Below are positions 1-11,845 of a DNA stretch of 64,000 nt, piece by piece. Positions within the stretch are counted from its first letter, which is position 1. Every line of letters begins with the position of its first letter. Made by a program: the position numbers and the translations under genes. The notes under the pieces were generated by a model. That model saw nothing but the letters and a program-made list of their open reading frames with translations, was not told where the DNA came from and made no database searches. The DNA is taken from the NCBI GenBank assembly GCA_040285825.1, contig JAUPSS010000006.1:310001-374000 (forward strand), read 5' to 3'. The stretch comes from Eukaryota sp. TZLM1-RC. Lineage: Eukaryota > Protista > Metamonada: BaSk clade.

Positions 1-1247
1 GTGTGTAAGATTATTATAAAAAGATGTGTATTCATCTGATTTATTTGTACTACGTTTTCTATCACGTTTATCGCCCCCCCCCCCCCGACGCTTTTTTGAA
101 CCAGGTCTTCCCAGCATTTTACAACATTTTTCTTCAGGATGTTTGTTGGTTTTGCATGAGCTACACCATTGCTATGAGGATTTGGGTCGACTACGTCTAG
201 AATTCTCTCTAGAGCTTTCAAAAGGACCGTTTTACTGGCTTCATCCTTATTGCGCGGGGGCGTGTTTGCCAAAAGCTGTTTTGATTAAATTGAGGATTCA
301 AGGCTATTGACCTTGTTTACAAATACATTTTCCAAATCGAAAACATCATCACCAGTTTCTTATTACTCGTATTAAACTTATCAATCCAAATATATATAAA
401 AATGTCCATCAATTGGCTGTTAGTTTTATCGTTAATGGACGTGCGGAGTTTCATTAATTGACAAGTTTGAGAGAAAAATAGTGGGTAACTTTTGGTATTT
501 TTAAACGTTGTGATACCGAGCATTAACATTAATTGATCTGTGATTAGTAAGAAAATTCAAACCCTTCATCTAGCCAAGCTAGCCAATGAGCAATACCGTT
601 GGTTTCGACTCTGTTGGGTTCATCTGCAACACAAACATCAGATTTTTAGTTGCAAAAATTCGCAAATTTACCGGTATCGGGAGTTAAGTAAACTTGGAGA
701 CCAGCCTAAACTTAATAAAAAATAATTACAAACTTTTTGCAAAAGACGCACAACAGTGGTTTTCCCAATGGAGGAGAGACCAGAGATATATAGACGTTTC
801 TCTCTGAAAGCACTTTTAACTCCAATAAGAAATTCATCATTTAGTTTGTTATTACCCTACAAATTATCCAAGATTTCAGAATAAAGTTAACAAATAGATT
901 AAGGATGAATAGATATTTGATAAATAGAATCAAAAATATTAAAATTGTTTAAGATTAGTGATGAGATATAAAAATAAATAAATATAAACGTATTACAAAG
1001 TTATTAAAATTAATTCATATAATTATTTCAATTTTAAAAATTCTAATAAATATATTGCTGACAAAATTGAAGATTAACGTCGACGGTTATAATGGTGTTG
1101 TTAATAACCTGTTTCTCACAGATTGGATGCAATAACCTTTTTGTGAATTTTGGCAACTCTGTGGGATAAAATAATCTGCAACAACAATAATTTGTTTTCT
1201 TTAAATTGGGCTTCACAATAAAATAAAATAAATTCAAGTGTCTGTCA
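1..1247. repeat. Left arm of long inverted repeat (partner 61927-63198); probably extends beyond the window start
   Basis: Window start GTGTGTAAGATTATTATA is the reverse complement of 63181-63198. Similarity runs to TCTGTCA (1247) / TGACAGA (61927). The ORF track gives near-identical translations for both arms. Confidence 0.95.
432..835 (-). pseudogene. SF3 helicase domain (CRESS Rep/NS1-like) fragment with two mini-introns, left copy
   Basis: Manual translation: LYISGLSSIGKTT (Walker A), DVCVADE (Walker B), INVNARY (B'), then a motif-C-like PTxFLSN. Frame is joined by removing two GT-AG introns. In-frame stops are present. Confidence 0.7.
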
Positions 1248-1689
1248 GTAACTAACCATAGGTCGTCTCTTTGATCTGATGCATTGTCTATACAATATAT
1301 ACAATCTCTATCTCTGTGCAGAACTACCTTAGCTTTCTCAGTGGCGAGTGGTATGTTGGAAATCCACATAGTGCCGTGCCTCCTCTGGATTTTTATGGTC
1401 CACAACCTGGTGTATGCCATTCCTTCAACAGTTCCGTCTTTCTACATTACCCCCAACCATCACATACTTCTAGCTTGGTCTCTTTTCTCTCTGTATATCC
1501 ACACTCCAGCCCTTCAGCAAGTAATAATGATAAATAATAAGTTCATCTTTTCAACAACGTTTCTCTAATGTCATCCTCTGACGAACATCTTGATAAACAA
1601 TCTATCACCAATCATATTCAGTATCATAAAAAAACAGTAATGATTTAGTTTATGACCAAAACAAACATTAAGCCAAAAGGAAAATAACC

Positions 1690-2033
1690 AATGCAAATAT
1701 GCTGATCCCCATATTTCTACACAGTGACTATCTAGGATAAACCTTGACAGAGCACACTGGTAGATGAAAAGTATCGGTACAGTTGTAACAAAAAGGCACT
1801 ATTTGAACGAACTTATATGCGCTCACAACGAAATTGAGAAAGGTTTTCAATATCGACATATATTTCAGCAAAAGGAGAAACTTCAGGTGAAGTTTTGACG
1901 GACTGTGGTGAATCAGTCCTTGGTATATTGGATGATGGATCTTCTATAGTTTTGATAAACTCCTTCTTTAAATACTTGTGGAATCTATCCCTGATTGATT
2001 GGTATGTGTGGCAGAGGAGCTGAGATTCTGTGA
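1690..2033 (-). repeat. Inverted duplicate of ~44455-44795 (3' part of the Rap1-Myb-like ORF and downstream)
   Basis: Reverse-complement match, e.g. CTATAGTTTTGATAAACTCCT vs AGGAGTTTATCAAAACTATAG. Confidence 0.85.
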
Positions 2034-2087
2034 TTCGCTAAATGAATGTTAAAGGGAATCAATTTAGAATGCAAGGGTTTGATTTTC

Positions 2088-2420
2088 CACTCTAGCAGGA
2101 AGTTTCTATCAGAAGCGTTCTTAGTCATTCTATAAAGTTTTTCCAGTGTCCGTCGATAAAACTCTCTGTTTGAATTGAACTTACTTTTTTGAGCATCATA
2201 TGTGTGTTGACCACTCCCAGATACCTCGACATCATTGGAATAGGAGGGTTAGATGGATGAGATCGGCGTTGATTACCCGTAGATATTGAATCCATGTTGG
2301 TAGGTGAACGTGATGAATGATGCAGTACTCTGCTTGGTCTCAAACATCCATCGAAGCCTTCATTCAGAGGAGAAGAAAACCATTTTTTTTGAATTGGAAA
2401 TCTTTGTGAATGTCTGACTT
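2088..2420. repeat. Block duplicated in inverted orientation at ~36865-37232 (and partly ~61855-61905)
   Basis: Translation RPSRVLHHSSRSPTNMDSISTGNQ is shared by ORFs 2125-2343(-) and 36956-37156(+). Confidence 0.9.
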
Positions 2421-2438
2421 TTGACTAAATTATATCAC

Positions 2439-2986
2439 CTCTATTGTCAAATCTGTTTGATACTGAAGATGATTTTCATAAGAATAATAGAGGTGATGTT
2501 ATATTACCTGGATTAGATGGAAGTTTCATTTTATTGGATGTAATGTCTGTTGATCCTTGTAATGCCTCAAATGAAAGGCCAGTTAATTCTGAAATTCATA
2601 ATCCTCTTTCAAATGCTGAAAATTTCAAATTCAAAAAATACAATGAACCTTTGTCCAAATTGGCCAGTCTACAGCATGCAAAATACAATTTGTATCCATT
2701 TGTATTTTCCCTTTTTGGTTCACTTGCACCAACTGCTTTACGTTTTTTGGAAGATTTTGAAATGATTGTAAAGAGAAGAACTGGCAGAAATTTCAACAGA
2801 TTGTTTTGGCAAAATAGAATTGTGTTTTCTATTTTTAAGGGGATGTTGAAGATGGTTTCTGATGCTTTGCTTTCTCTTGGATCTCACTATGAGAGAGTTG
2901 CATCTAGTGTTTTTGTTTTGGGAGAGATGGTTTTTTTAGATGTTGATTTATAGGTTTTGAATAAAATTAAAAAATTTTTTAAAAAA
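2439..2986 (+). mobile_element. 5'-truncated CRE/SLACS-like non-LTR retrotransposon insertion (RLE endonuclease end, poly(A), 12-bp TSD)
   Basis: ORF 2444-2953 has RGDVIL..LLDV..AENFKFKKY..YPFVFSLFG (PD-(D/E)xK RLE). AATAAA and an A-rich tail follow. TSD AAATTATATCAC at 2427-2438 and 2987-2998. Empty-site paralogues near 50740 and 33915. Confidence 0.85.
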
Positions 2987-3261
2987 AAATTATATCACTA
3001 CTGATGAAGATTGCTTTCACCAGATTGCTGATTCAACTATTGATTTAGTGAATGTGTTTGCTACCCATGGTCATTTTATACACATCAAAAGTAATTTGAC
3101 TATGATTATTGCTATGTTACTGAAGTATCATTTCAATTTAAATTCAATGGTGATATATGGTAAATTTATTTAAATTTTGTGTCTCATGGGGTTTACTTCT
3201 TTGAAATTTTGATTTTAACTTTGTGTTTTTTCGCTTATGTTTGTTTACTACTATTTTATTG

Positions 3262-3500
3262 GAGTCTCTACCAAATATTGAGAGTAATTCTCTTTATTTT
3301 GAGTCTCTATTTATAAATACATAATCGACTGAGTAATCATCAATCAATCAGTTTTTAACTGTTTGAGGTTGATTACGGCCAAGAAAGATCTGATTACGTG
3401 TGTCTGTATAGTCTACATGTTTTTGGATCTTTGTAGGTTTGATACTTACAACAATTTTATTTAATGAATTAATTTGAGGTTTTCTTTTTTTACCTCAACA
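3262..3500 (+). repeat. Dispersed ~230-bp core repeat, copy 1
   Basis: GAGTCTCTACCAAATATTGAGAGTAATTCTC...GATTACGTGTGTCTGTATAGTCTACATGTTTTTGGA, shared with six other loci. Confidence 0.95.
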
Positions 3501-4699
3501 AAATTAATTTATTTTTATTTTCTTTATTTTTGGCTGGTAAACCACTTTCCTTTCTTTTTGGCTCGGTCGAACTTGTATAGGATTGTATATTGTTGTTTTT
3601 TGATTTGACCAACCGAAATAAATGTTTCTTCCGTCAATTGTTTTCGTACAGCCTTACGGGAATTTTCTGCTATGTAACCTGTAAGAACTGGAAAAAACTC
3701 CAGCTTTTCCCCTTTGTACATTTCACTTTTTGATTTTGACAAATTTGAAGGTTTTCTACCCGGAGGAAACAGTGCATCATTAAAAGCATAATCCTTGAGC
3801 AATAGTAGGTACTGTTTAAATATATGGATAAACTTTAGTTGGAATGACGACCTTCCGCCATTTGTCGGTTTTTTTCTCTTGTAAATTTATCTATTTTTGG
3901 AATGAGATTCTGTTTGATGTTTTGCTATTTACCACATCTTTTACTTTTAAAGCCATTATATCGGATTATGAAAAAATACTAGAATAAAAATAAGGAAAAA
4001 TTTCTTTTGAAAAAATGGATTTCAATTTCAGTTGCATCTATCCAATAATGTTGTAGTATGTGAAAATTTACCCTTGCGAAACGAAGTAACAAGTTTCTCT
4101 GCTGGAGGATACACATACATTTTGGTATTCGTCTTGGGTGGAAGGGTGTTTTCAACCAACCATCTTCATATTCAAAAAGGACACCTAGTTGTTTATCGCG
4201 AACTGTGGGAGTTCCTGGTGTGAGATTTGGGGTTGTACAATAATTTGGAGATACTTGTACTTCTTCGTTCTGTGGATTCTCCTCTTTTATCGAATATCTG
4301 GATCCTTCTGTTTTTTCAAATTTGTTAATTGTGGACATTGATTGTTTTTTGATAACATCGAATTTGGCAGCTCGTCTAACTTTTGGTGTTGCTAATTTGG
4401 GCACCGAATAACCTTTGTTGATATATTTGCGCTACAATTGTTTTATTATGAATAGTGTATGGTTGGTGTTGAACAGTGTTTTCTGGAACGTTGGAAATGA
4501 TTCGCAAAATGAATGTTAAAGGGAATCAATTCTTTTCAGTTTCATCCCATCCTTTATTGTTTTATATACCATTATGATTTTTTATTATTTAATTGACCAA
4601 GACTTTTCCTCCTTAGCTGCGGCAATGAGACCTCTTAATATAAATTGTACTTTTAGAATATTATATTGAGCTATTGCATTCCTTACATATTCATCAACC

Positions 4700-4969
4700 T
4701 AACATCCTAATTTACACTGACGCCTCTGAAAAAACTATCACAGAAATCGGAGGCCTCCATGTCAATCCCACTGTCGCTACCGCAACAAAAACAACAAAAC
4801 AGAAAACCTAGCATTAATTGAGAATAATAATTGTTAGTCTATACACTATTTTATTGAGTGTAGTTAAACTTATTTATTTATACTTGTCAATTAGTTTTAT
4901 GTTTATTGTTACCTCATTTCCGTCGTAATAAATTACTCTCTCTTTATACATATGTATGTACTATCAACA
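4700..4969 (+). mobile_element. Ty3/Gypsy RNase H fragment followed by an LTR-like segment (4832-4969)
   Basis: NILIYTDASE motif (inverted copy at ~13365-13510). The TGTTAGTCT...TATCAACA segment shares CGTAATAAATTAC with the 53178-53338 LTR. Confidence 0.55.
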
Positions 4970-5087
4970 TTGTGTTTAGCTTATTTCACTATACATATTC
5001 AAGACCACTGTGATTCGAACACATGTAACTGGTACTTCTTGAGAGTGTCTATATTGTTGTTTTCGGAAGACATCGAAGTTATAGAAC

Positions 5088-5174
5088 AATGGGGCTATAT
5101 TGAAAAGGATGTTTATGAATGGGGCTATTTTGAAAAGTGGGTGTTCTCAAATGGGGCTCTTTTGTAAATATCCC
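5088..5174 (-). repeat. Three ~31-bp AATGGGGCT repeats; possible Mutator-like terminal repeat remnant
   Basis: AATGGGGCTATATTGAAAA / AATGGGGCTATTTTGAAAA / AATGGGGCTCTTTTGTAAA. The minus strand starts GGGATATTTACAAAAGAGCCCC. No partner TIR was found. Confidence 0.35.
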
Positions 5175-5180
5175 AAAATG

Positions 5181-5749
5181 TTTTTGAAGTTATGTAAAAT
5201 GATAGGGATTATGGTCAATGATAATGAAAATCTACACATTATACTCACATTCACACACTTTAAACACTATCAACATTGTTTTTTAGCTTATTCGATTATA
5301 CATATTCAAGACCACAGTGATTCGAACACATTCATTTTTCCAACATTATTTTCCAACATAAAAGTTGAAGAAAATAGTAAAATGAGATAACCAAAATATC
5401 ACATTACATAATACTGATTTCAATGAATTAACAATGTTGTAAGTAACACATAGAATCTGTTTGTAGAATTTAACAAAGATTTATGAAAGAGTTGTATGAC
5501 TTTTTTTGACTTTCTCTATCAAATATTAAAAACTCTTATATACCATTTTATACTCGCAAAAACAAATACAATACACACATAATTTAAAAGTTTTACAATT
5601 TTATAGTTTATTTTGAAGTTAGGCAAAATGATAGGGATTATGGTCAATGGTAATGAAAATCTACACATTACACTCACATTCACACACTTTAAACACTATC
5701 AACATTGTGGTTAGCTTATTTCACTATACATATTCAAGACCACAGTGAA
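5181..5749. repeat. ~430-454 bp tandem unit family, cluster 1 (~1.3 units)
   Basis: AAAATGATAGGGATTATGGTCAATG recurs at ~5196 and ~5626. The same unit is at 10521-11183 and partially at 4960-5022 and 37236-37337. Confidence 0.9.
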
Positions 5750-6749
5750 TAGGGAAAATGAAAATCTATAAATTATCATAAGGTCCTTTATCTTGTGATT
5801 GAATTTCCGGTTATTGTCTTTTTTGGGTCTTTGATAAGAACAAGCACAGTAAACATACACAAAGGGGGAGAAGCCTGCAGGAAGGGGTGAAGGAATCACC
5901 GCAGGAGTCACGGGAATTGGCAAAGAGGAGCTGGATGGTTGGAACGGTGGATCACCGAAAATGACCCGCTTTTTGGGCATTCTACGTACGTTACTGAGTA
6001 GATACCTGAACTTGGAACTATAAGACCTACAGGACATATGTAACGAATGGAAATGAACTTTTGCCATGTATCTAGTAGTTTTGCAAAATGTAAAATACGT
6101 CAATACCGGTATTTACATACACTCCCTTTTGACAAGTAATTATCCTCGTTATCCTTCCGCTAACGTGTAGTCTTCCTCCAGCTCCAGCGCCCCCTCGTCC
6201 TCCTCCAGTCCCGCCGAAAGCTCTCGTGTAGAGTCTCTTAATGAGGAAATAGCTGAGCTGAGAGCTAGACTTTCCTCCGCCCCTGAATCTGATAATCTGT
6301 TCGAAAGCCCCTCAAAACTTGAAACTGTACCCGCAAAGAGAATGAGTCCTCCCCTCGACTAATAACTAATAACTAAGTAACTAACTTAACTTAACTAACT
6401 TAACTACTAAGGTACTAAGTTAACTAGTTAATTAACCTTTCACTAAGTACTACTAGTAGTAACCTAAGTTATAAGTTTACCCTCCCCCTAGTTTCACCCA
6501 ACCTTCCGTCAAATCTGACGAAGACGAAATTTGTCCTCCTCATTCTAATCTGCAGGCCTACGAACTTCGTCAAATCTCGTCCGAAGAGCAACTCCATCAA
6601 ACCATGCTCCCTCACTTCCTCTTTACTATCTCGCCTATAGTGTTGGAAACCTTTGAAATTCTCGAAGGTGTTGACCCCCGTGACCCCTCTGCCGTCCTCT
6701 CTAACTTACTCTCTTTCTGTCAAAGTGAAGATCCTGTTGTGACTTATTA

Positions 6750-7075
6750 ACAGTTTCAATCAATTCAAGAAATTCCAAACCGATCTCTTTTTAATTTACA
6801 GTTTTGCTGTAAAAAGCTTCAACAAAAATTGTCAAAGATTTTTGAAAGCTTGGATTTTGATGTTAGACTTGGCTTGGCCAAGAAAAAGAATCCCGCTTTT
6901 GCAAATCTTTTACAAGATATGTGTGACAGTACTTCTTTTGCCTTAGTAACAACAATTCCCCAAGTTTATGGTACTCTCTTAACCGATTCTGCTTGGACTC
7001 TAAATATGAGATTTCGTTCCTTTATCTGGCCTGATAATTTACCTCATAATTTAATTTGTAAATGTTCTCGATGTC
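6750..7075 (+). mobile_element. CRE-like non-LTR fragment (region between RT and RLE, start of the CCHC finger)
   Basis: LLTDSAWTLNMRFRSFIWP...ICKCSR resembles the pre-RLE segment of CRE elements. Confidence 0.5.
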
Positions 7076-8680
7076 TGAAGGGGTTTCTCAGAAGTTTTTG
7101 GTCTGGGTTCAAATGTAAGAAGTGTTTTTCCAATTGCTGGCTGAATGAAATAAAGCCAGGAGAGTAACTTGCGAAGGAAGCTAGAGCAGTTGGTACATCA
7201 CTGTGCTTTTTGTAAATTAAGTTTACATCAGTTTGTATGGAGTTTGATTTGTTATTCTGCTTTTGATTGAATTAATAATTAGTTGGGTTATTGGTACATA
7301 TATACACATATACATTTTAGAACTCACTCTGTTCTATAAATTTTCCGTGTCTGAAGCGAATCAAGCTGAGACTTTACTGACCATATCACGTTGCTGAATA
7401 ATCGCCCTTGTAGTTTCAGCTGCTGAATCAACTGTTGAAAGAGATTCATTGACAGGCTGTAATTAAAAAAATCAATAGGCAACATACATTAGATGCTAAT
7501 TGAATTTTGTCATGGAAACTGTCGAGCGAGTTAGCGACAGGAGAGAATTGAGGGCTATCTCCATTACTGATTGCTGGGGAGTTCTTCGATTACAACATCT
7601 ACAACATCTTTTTCTTCATCATCAATTTGGAAATCATACTGCTTCATATCCTCAATAGGATTGAACTCTTCCAGCGTAGCCAACTGTTGGTTCCTTTTGA
7701 TTGGATCATGAGGATACAAGTGTTTGTCAACTTTCAAAATAGCTGAAAGTACTTCACGAGCTTCTACAATTTCTCCCAGATATTCTATTATCACAATATG
7801 GGCTGGCAAACTTTGTCCCTTTTTGAATGAATAAACACCTTTCTCATGTTGTCATCAATCAAAGGACCCACGGTACAATTGCGTTTCTTTGTTTTCTTTT
7901 CGCGTCTTTTCGGCGTCTTGCAGATTTCTGTTCATGCTCAACCATTAACACCGTTTGGGCAGCTGCTTGTCCAGCTGCTTGTCCCATGCGATTGATCAAC
8001 ATCTCAGCCTCAGGACATAAGGCAGCAGTGATTGACGGCATTTGTTGAACATGTTGTGGAGTTGGAAGGAGGAGACATGGGTCTCAGTACAATCGATTGT
8101 TCAATTGGCATTTCTACGGCTTCAGATTCAACGACATTGTTGTAATCATTCATTTCAGAGGCAAGGCAGTTATGTTTATATCAATTGAATTTAAGGGGTT
8201 AGAAATTTTTAGTTCATACATTACACCCTTGAAAGTCAAATTTAACTTTAATGTATAATTTTACCAAAAAGTATAATTTAACTTCAAAGTACAATAAAAG
8301 TTGTATTGTTTTCAAGGTAATTTAGTGGGTGGGAATCTTTAACAGATTAACACCCCTTCATATGTACAATTATACTCTAAAGTTGAATTCAACTTCATAG
8401 TCTAATAACAATGAGAACATTTGGTCAAACATTAAAGTCTAAAAAAGTCTGATCACTTGCTTTAGACAAAAAAGTTACTAAAATAAAAAATGCCAACAGC
8501 AACAAAAAAGTAGAAATCACGGTTAGAGTGATTTAAATTAGAATTGTATAAAATAGTCTAAAAATGTGACGTAAATAGTACAACATTGAAGTTGAAATAA
8601 TCGCCTAAAAATCGAAACAAATCTAAATCTAAGAACTCTATCTCTATGTTTTTTGCAATATATTTATTCATTAGAAAGCT

Positions 8681-8778
8681 TTTAAATCAACATCTAAATA
8701 ATTCATCTCTCCCAAAACAAAAACACTAGATGCAACTCACTCATAGTGAGATCCATGCGAAAGCAAAGCATTTCAAAA
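8681..8778 (-). mobile_element. Second copy of the CRE-like ORF C-terminus
   Basis: Reverse complement of ~2860-2950 (SHYExVASSVFVLGEM). Confidence 0.8.
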
Positions 8779-9062
8779 GGCATGGTCGTGATCAGTTCAA
8801 CTTTTTGTTCATCAAAAATGATCACGGCCTGTTGCTCATTTCCAGCATCAGCTTTTTAACCCTGTGGTTAAACTTACAACTAATGTTAGATTTTGCTCTA
8901 AAATTAATTTAAGAGAAAAACATTCTGAGTGGGCGAGGGAGTGCCGACCGCAGAGGGAGAAACAGCCACAGGTGCTGTATTAAGAGGAGGATGAGCACTG
9001 TTGTTGGCTTGAACAACAGACTCCCTGAAATGTTCTCCTGACGGGAACTCTGCACACTATCT

Positions 9063-9776
9063 TCAGTGGTTATGGAGTTTTAGCACCACGTTGAGGCATT
9101 GAGATTTAATGAAGATTAATGAAAACACACCAGCAGTTAAAGAGTAATTTTGTAATCCTTCTGTAGTTCCTACAGAGCTCGCATATAAAATAGCTGTTCT
9201 TTTGATCATATCTGACAAGGATGTGACACAGATACAATCCCTGAAACTGCAGTTCCCAATATGAAACTTGAGATTATAATACGCGGTAGTGACCACAAGA
9301 TCTGATTGAGTTTTTTCCTTGTGAGATGGTACGTAATGAGTGTTCCGATGGCAGGAGAAAGTTTTCCATCTATAGAGTTTGTACTCAGAATTATAGTCTG
9401 AGCAACTTGGAGTCAAACTTTCGAAAGCAGGTGGCGCAAAATCAAAAATGATTGATTGGCCAAAATATCCATCCAACCTGAATCCAGGTGGAAATTGGTA
9501 TAATTCTTCGTTAGCATTGTTGTTGAGTAATTTTGCTACGGCCAAAAGGAATCGATAAGCAATCTGAGTGTCTCTATCTCTCACGGATGGAACGTGTGGC
9601 CAAATTCCTTTGTTACCAGACATTGAAGGTATGTTTAGGATGGAGTAAACATAGGAAAGAGCTAAAGATCTCTTGGCATCAGGAAGACGACAAATGTAGT
9701 TCTTGAGGTAAGAAAACTTACGATCTTTCAAAAAAGAGGACAGAGTATCGGATTCAGTGGCAGTGAGATCTGACAT
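9063..9776 (-). CDS. Uncharacterised 237-aa ORF
   Basis: ATG-initiated ORF, long for this AT content, with protein-like composition. No motif recognised. Confidence 0.4.
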   Translation of the reverse strand: MSDLTATESDTLSSFLKDRKFSYLKNYICRLPDAKRSLALSYVYSILNIPSMSGNKGIWPHVPSVRDRDTQIAYRFLLAVAKLLNNNANEELYQFPPGFRLDGYFGQSIIFDFAPPAFESLTPSCSDYNSEYKLYRWKTFSCHRNTHYVPSHKEKTQSDLVVTTAYYNLKFHIGNCSFRDCICVTSLSDMIKRTAILYASSVGTTEGLQNYSLTAGVFSLIFIKSQCLNVVLKLHNH

Positions 9777-9884
9777 GGAAGAGAAATTTGGCGAAAGTGA
9801 AAGGCACCAAAATCAATTTCCCCACAGTAAGTATTTCCTCATTCTGTGTTCAATCAACAACATTATGTACATTTTCAGAGGAGA

Positions 9885-10100
9885 AAATTGTGACTGGTGC
9901 CCGTAGACACCATTAGGAAGGTTCAAAGCAGAAGGATGATTAAGTGTAAGGACCTGTCATTGAGGATGTATAGGGGGATGATGAGGAGCAAATTGTGGCT
10001 GGTGTCCGTAGACACCATTAGGAAGGTTCAAAGCAGAAGGATGATTAGATAGAGAGACATGAGTGATAATGTGTAGGGTGATGAGGAAGAGCAAATTGTT
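9885..10100. repeat. Two ~106-bp tandem units
   Basis: CCGTAGACACCATTAGGAAGGTTCAAAGCAGAAGGATGATTA occurs twice (minus strand NHPSALNLPNGVYGHQ x2). Confidence 0.9.
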
Positions 10101-10109
10101 TCCAAATTG

Positions 10110-10526
10110 TTACAAAAAGAATGTGTTTCCTCATATTCAACTGTTTTGCCATGTTTTTTGGCACTAAAATAAATTTTTTGTGTTCTTGCTAAATGTGAAG
10201 TCAATTGAAGAACTATTTCACAAGAACTGTTCTGATCTTCCATCAGTTTTTTCACTTCTGCCATCAGTATTTGCTTCCTTTTGTGATATTTGCTGGTCAT
10301 TTTTTTGGAATCGTAATTTCTGACTTAGGAGTTCAGTTCTGATGTGGAAAAGTTCTGAGAGGATAGGCTGGTATCAGTACCAGAACGGAGGCGGAGCATG
10401 TGTATTTATGTGGATACGAGGAGAGAAAGCACTGATGCTTTGTTTGTGAAGGACGTGAAGTATGGGAAGAGGAGTTGAGGTAAAGCAAGGGTAAGTTAGT
10501 ACAACTCAATAATCAACATTATTTTG
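10110..10526. repeat. Direct duplicate of 54147-54561
   Basis: Near-identical sequence; ORFs 10028-10300 and 53333-54298 share QNSSCEIVLQL...HLARTQKI. Confidence 0.95.
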
Positions 10527-11183
10527 AAATAAAATTTCAAATTCTCTATCAAATATTACAAATTCTTATATACCATTTTATACTCGCAAAAGCTTATATA
10601 ATACACAGATACTTAAGAGGTTTTACAGTTCCATAGTTTATTTTGAAATTATGCAAAATGATAGGGATTATGGTCAATGGTAATGAAAATCTACACATTA
10701 CATTCACGTTCACACACTTTAAACACTATCAGCATTGTTTTTTAGCTTAGTCGACTATACATATTCAAGACCACAGTGATTCGAACACATTCATTTTTCC
10801 AACATTATTCTTCAACATAAAAGATGAAGAAATTAGTAAAATGAGTTAACCAAAACATCACATACGTAATAATAATATCAATAAATTAAAAATGTTGTAA
10901 CCAACACATAGAATTGATTTGTAAAATTTAACAAAGATTTATGAAAGAGTTGTATGACTATTTGAAATATGTGAGATTTTAAAATAAAATTTCAAATTCT
11001 CTATCAAACACTACAGACTCTTATATACCATTTTAAACTTGCAAAAGCTTATACAATACAAACAAAAGTAAGAGGTTTTATAATTCCATAGTTTATTTTG
11101 AAGTTATCCAAAATGATAGGGATTATGGTCAATGATAATGAAAATCTACACATTACACTCACATTAACACACTTTAAACACTA
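10521..11183. repeat. ~454 bp tandem unit family, cluster 2 (~1.5 units)
   Basis: The unit marker AAAATGATAGGGATTATGGTCAATG occurs at ~10656 and ~11110. Confidence 0.9.
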
Positions 11184-11845
11184 CTTAAACACGGCTGATT
11201 CCAACAACTGAAGTTTGGTGCCTGACTGTCTAATCAAATAACCAATCAAATCATGAAGAAGTGATTGAGATTGATTAAGGTTTTCCCTCACGACAGATTC
11301 TACTTTGTCCCCTGATTGAAGTACCAAGGGGGTAATAGTAGAAGTATTGGCCTGGAACTCTTCAATTTGCTTTGTGAAGGCTTCCCTGGCTTTTGAAAAT
11401 CTCACAAGAGCTTCATGGTGTTGAGAGTGGCCATGAAGCAAGCCACAGGAATTGCACAAAGCAACCTTACACTTGGTGCAATAATGCTCGATTTCCATGT
11501 TCTTGTGGTGAGGGCATTTGGGAAGGGAGACGTTGGATCTTCCTGAGAGAGGGACGACGGTGTGAGATTGAAAGGTGTTGGGTCTTTGAAGGAAAGAAGA
11601 ACAGTCCTGGCAAAAGAAACGTTCACAATCAGCGCAGAAAAGGGTAGAAGAGGCTTGTTCGCATTCAAAGCAGGGCTCGGAAAGAGCCTCAGCTTCAATG
11701 ATGTCACGTAGAGTGAAGTTGATGCGGTGAAACATCGAGGGAATCTTCTCGCGACATTGAGGACATGTGGAGTTGTGCTTCTTCGAGGGGAGCAGACAGC
11801 GATCACGGCAGAAGCTATGACCACAGTAGGACAGTTGAACGAAGA
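11184..11845 (-). pseudogene. RING / B-box / B-box / coiled-coil (TRIM-like) gene fragment
   Basis: CGHSFC...CPQCR (RING C-half), CFEC...FCADC..FCQDC...H (B-box 1), CPHH...YCTKC..LCNSC...H (B-box 2), then a helical region. Both ends are truncated by other fragments. Confidence 0.85.
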
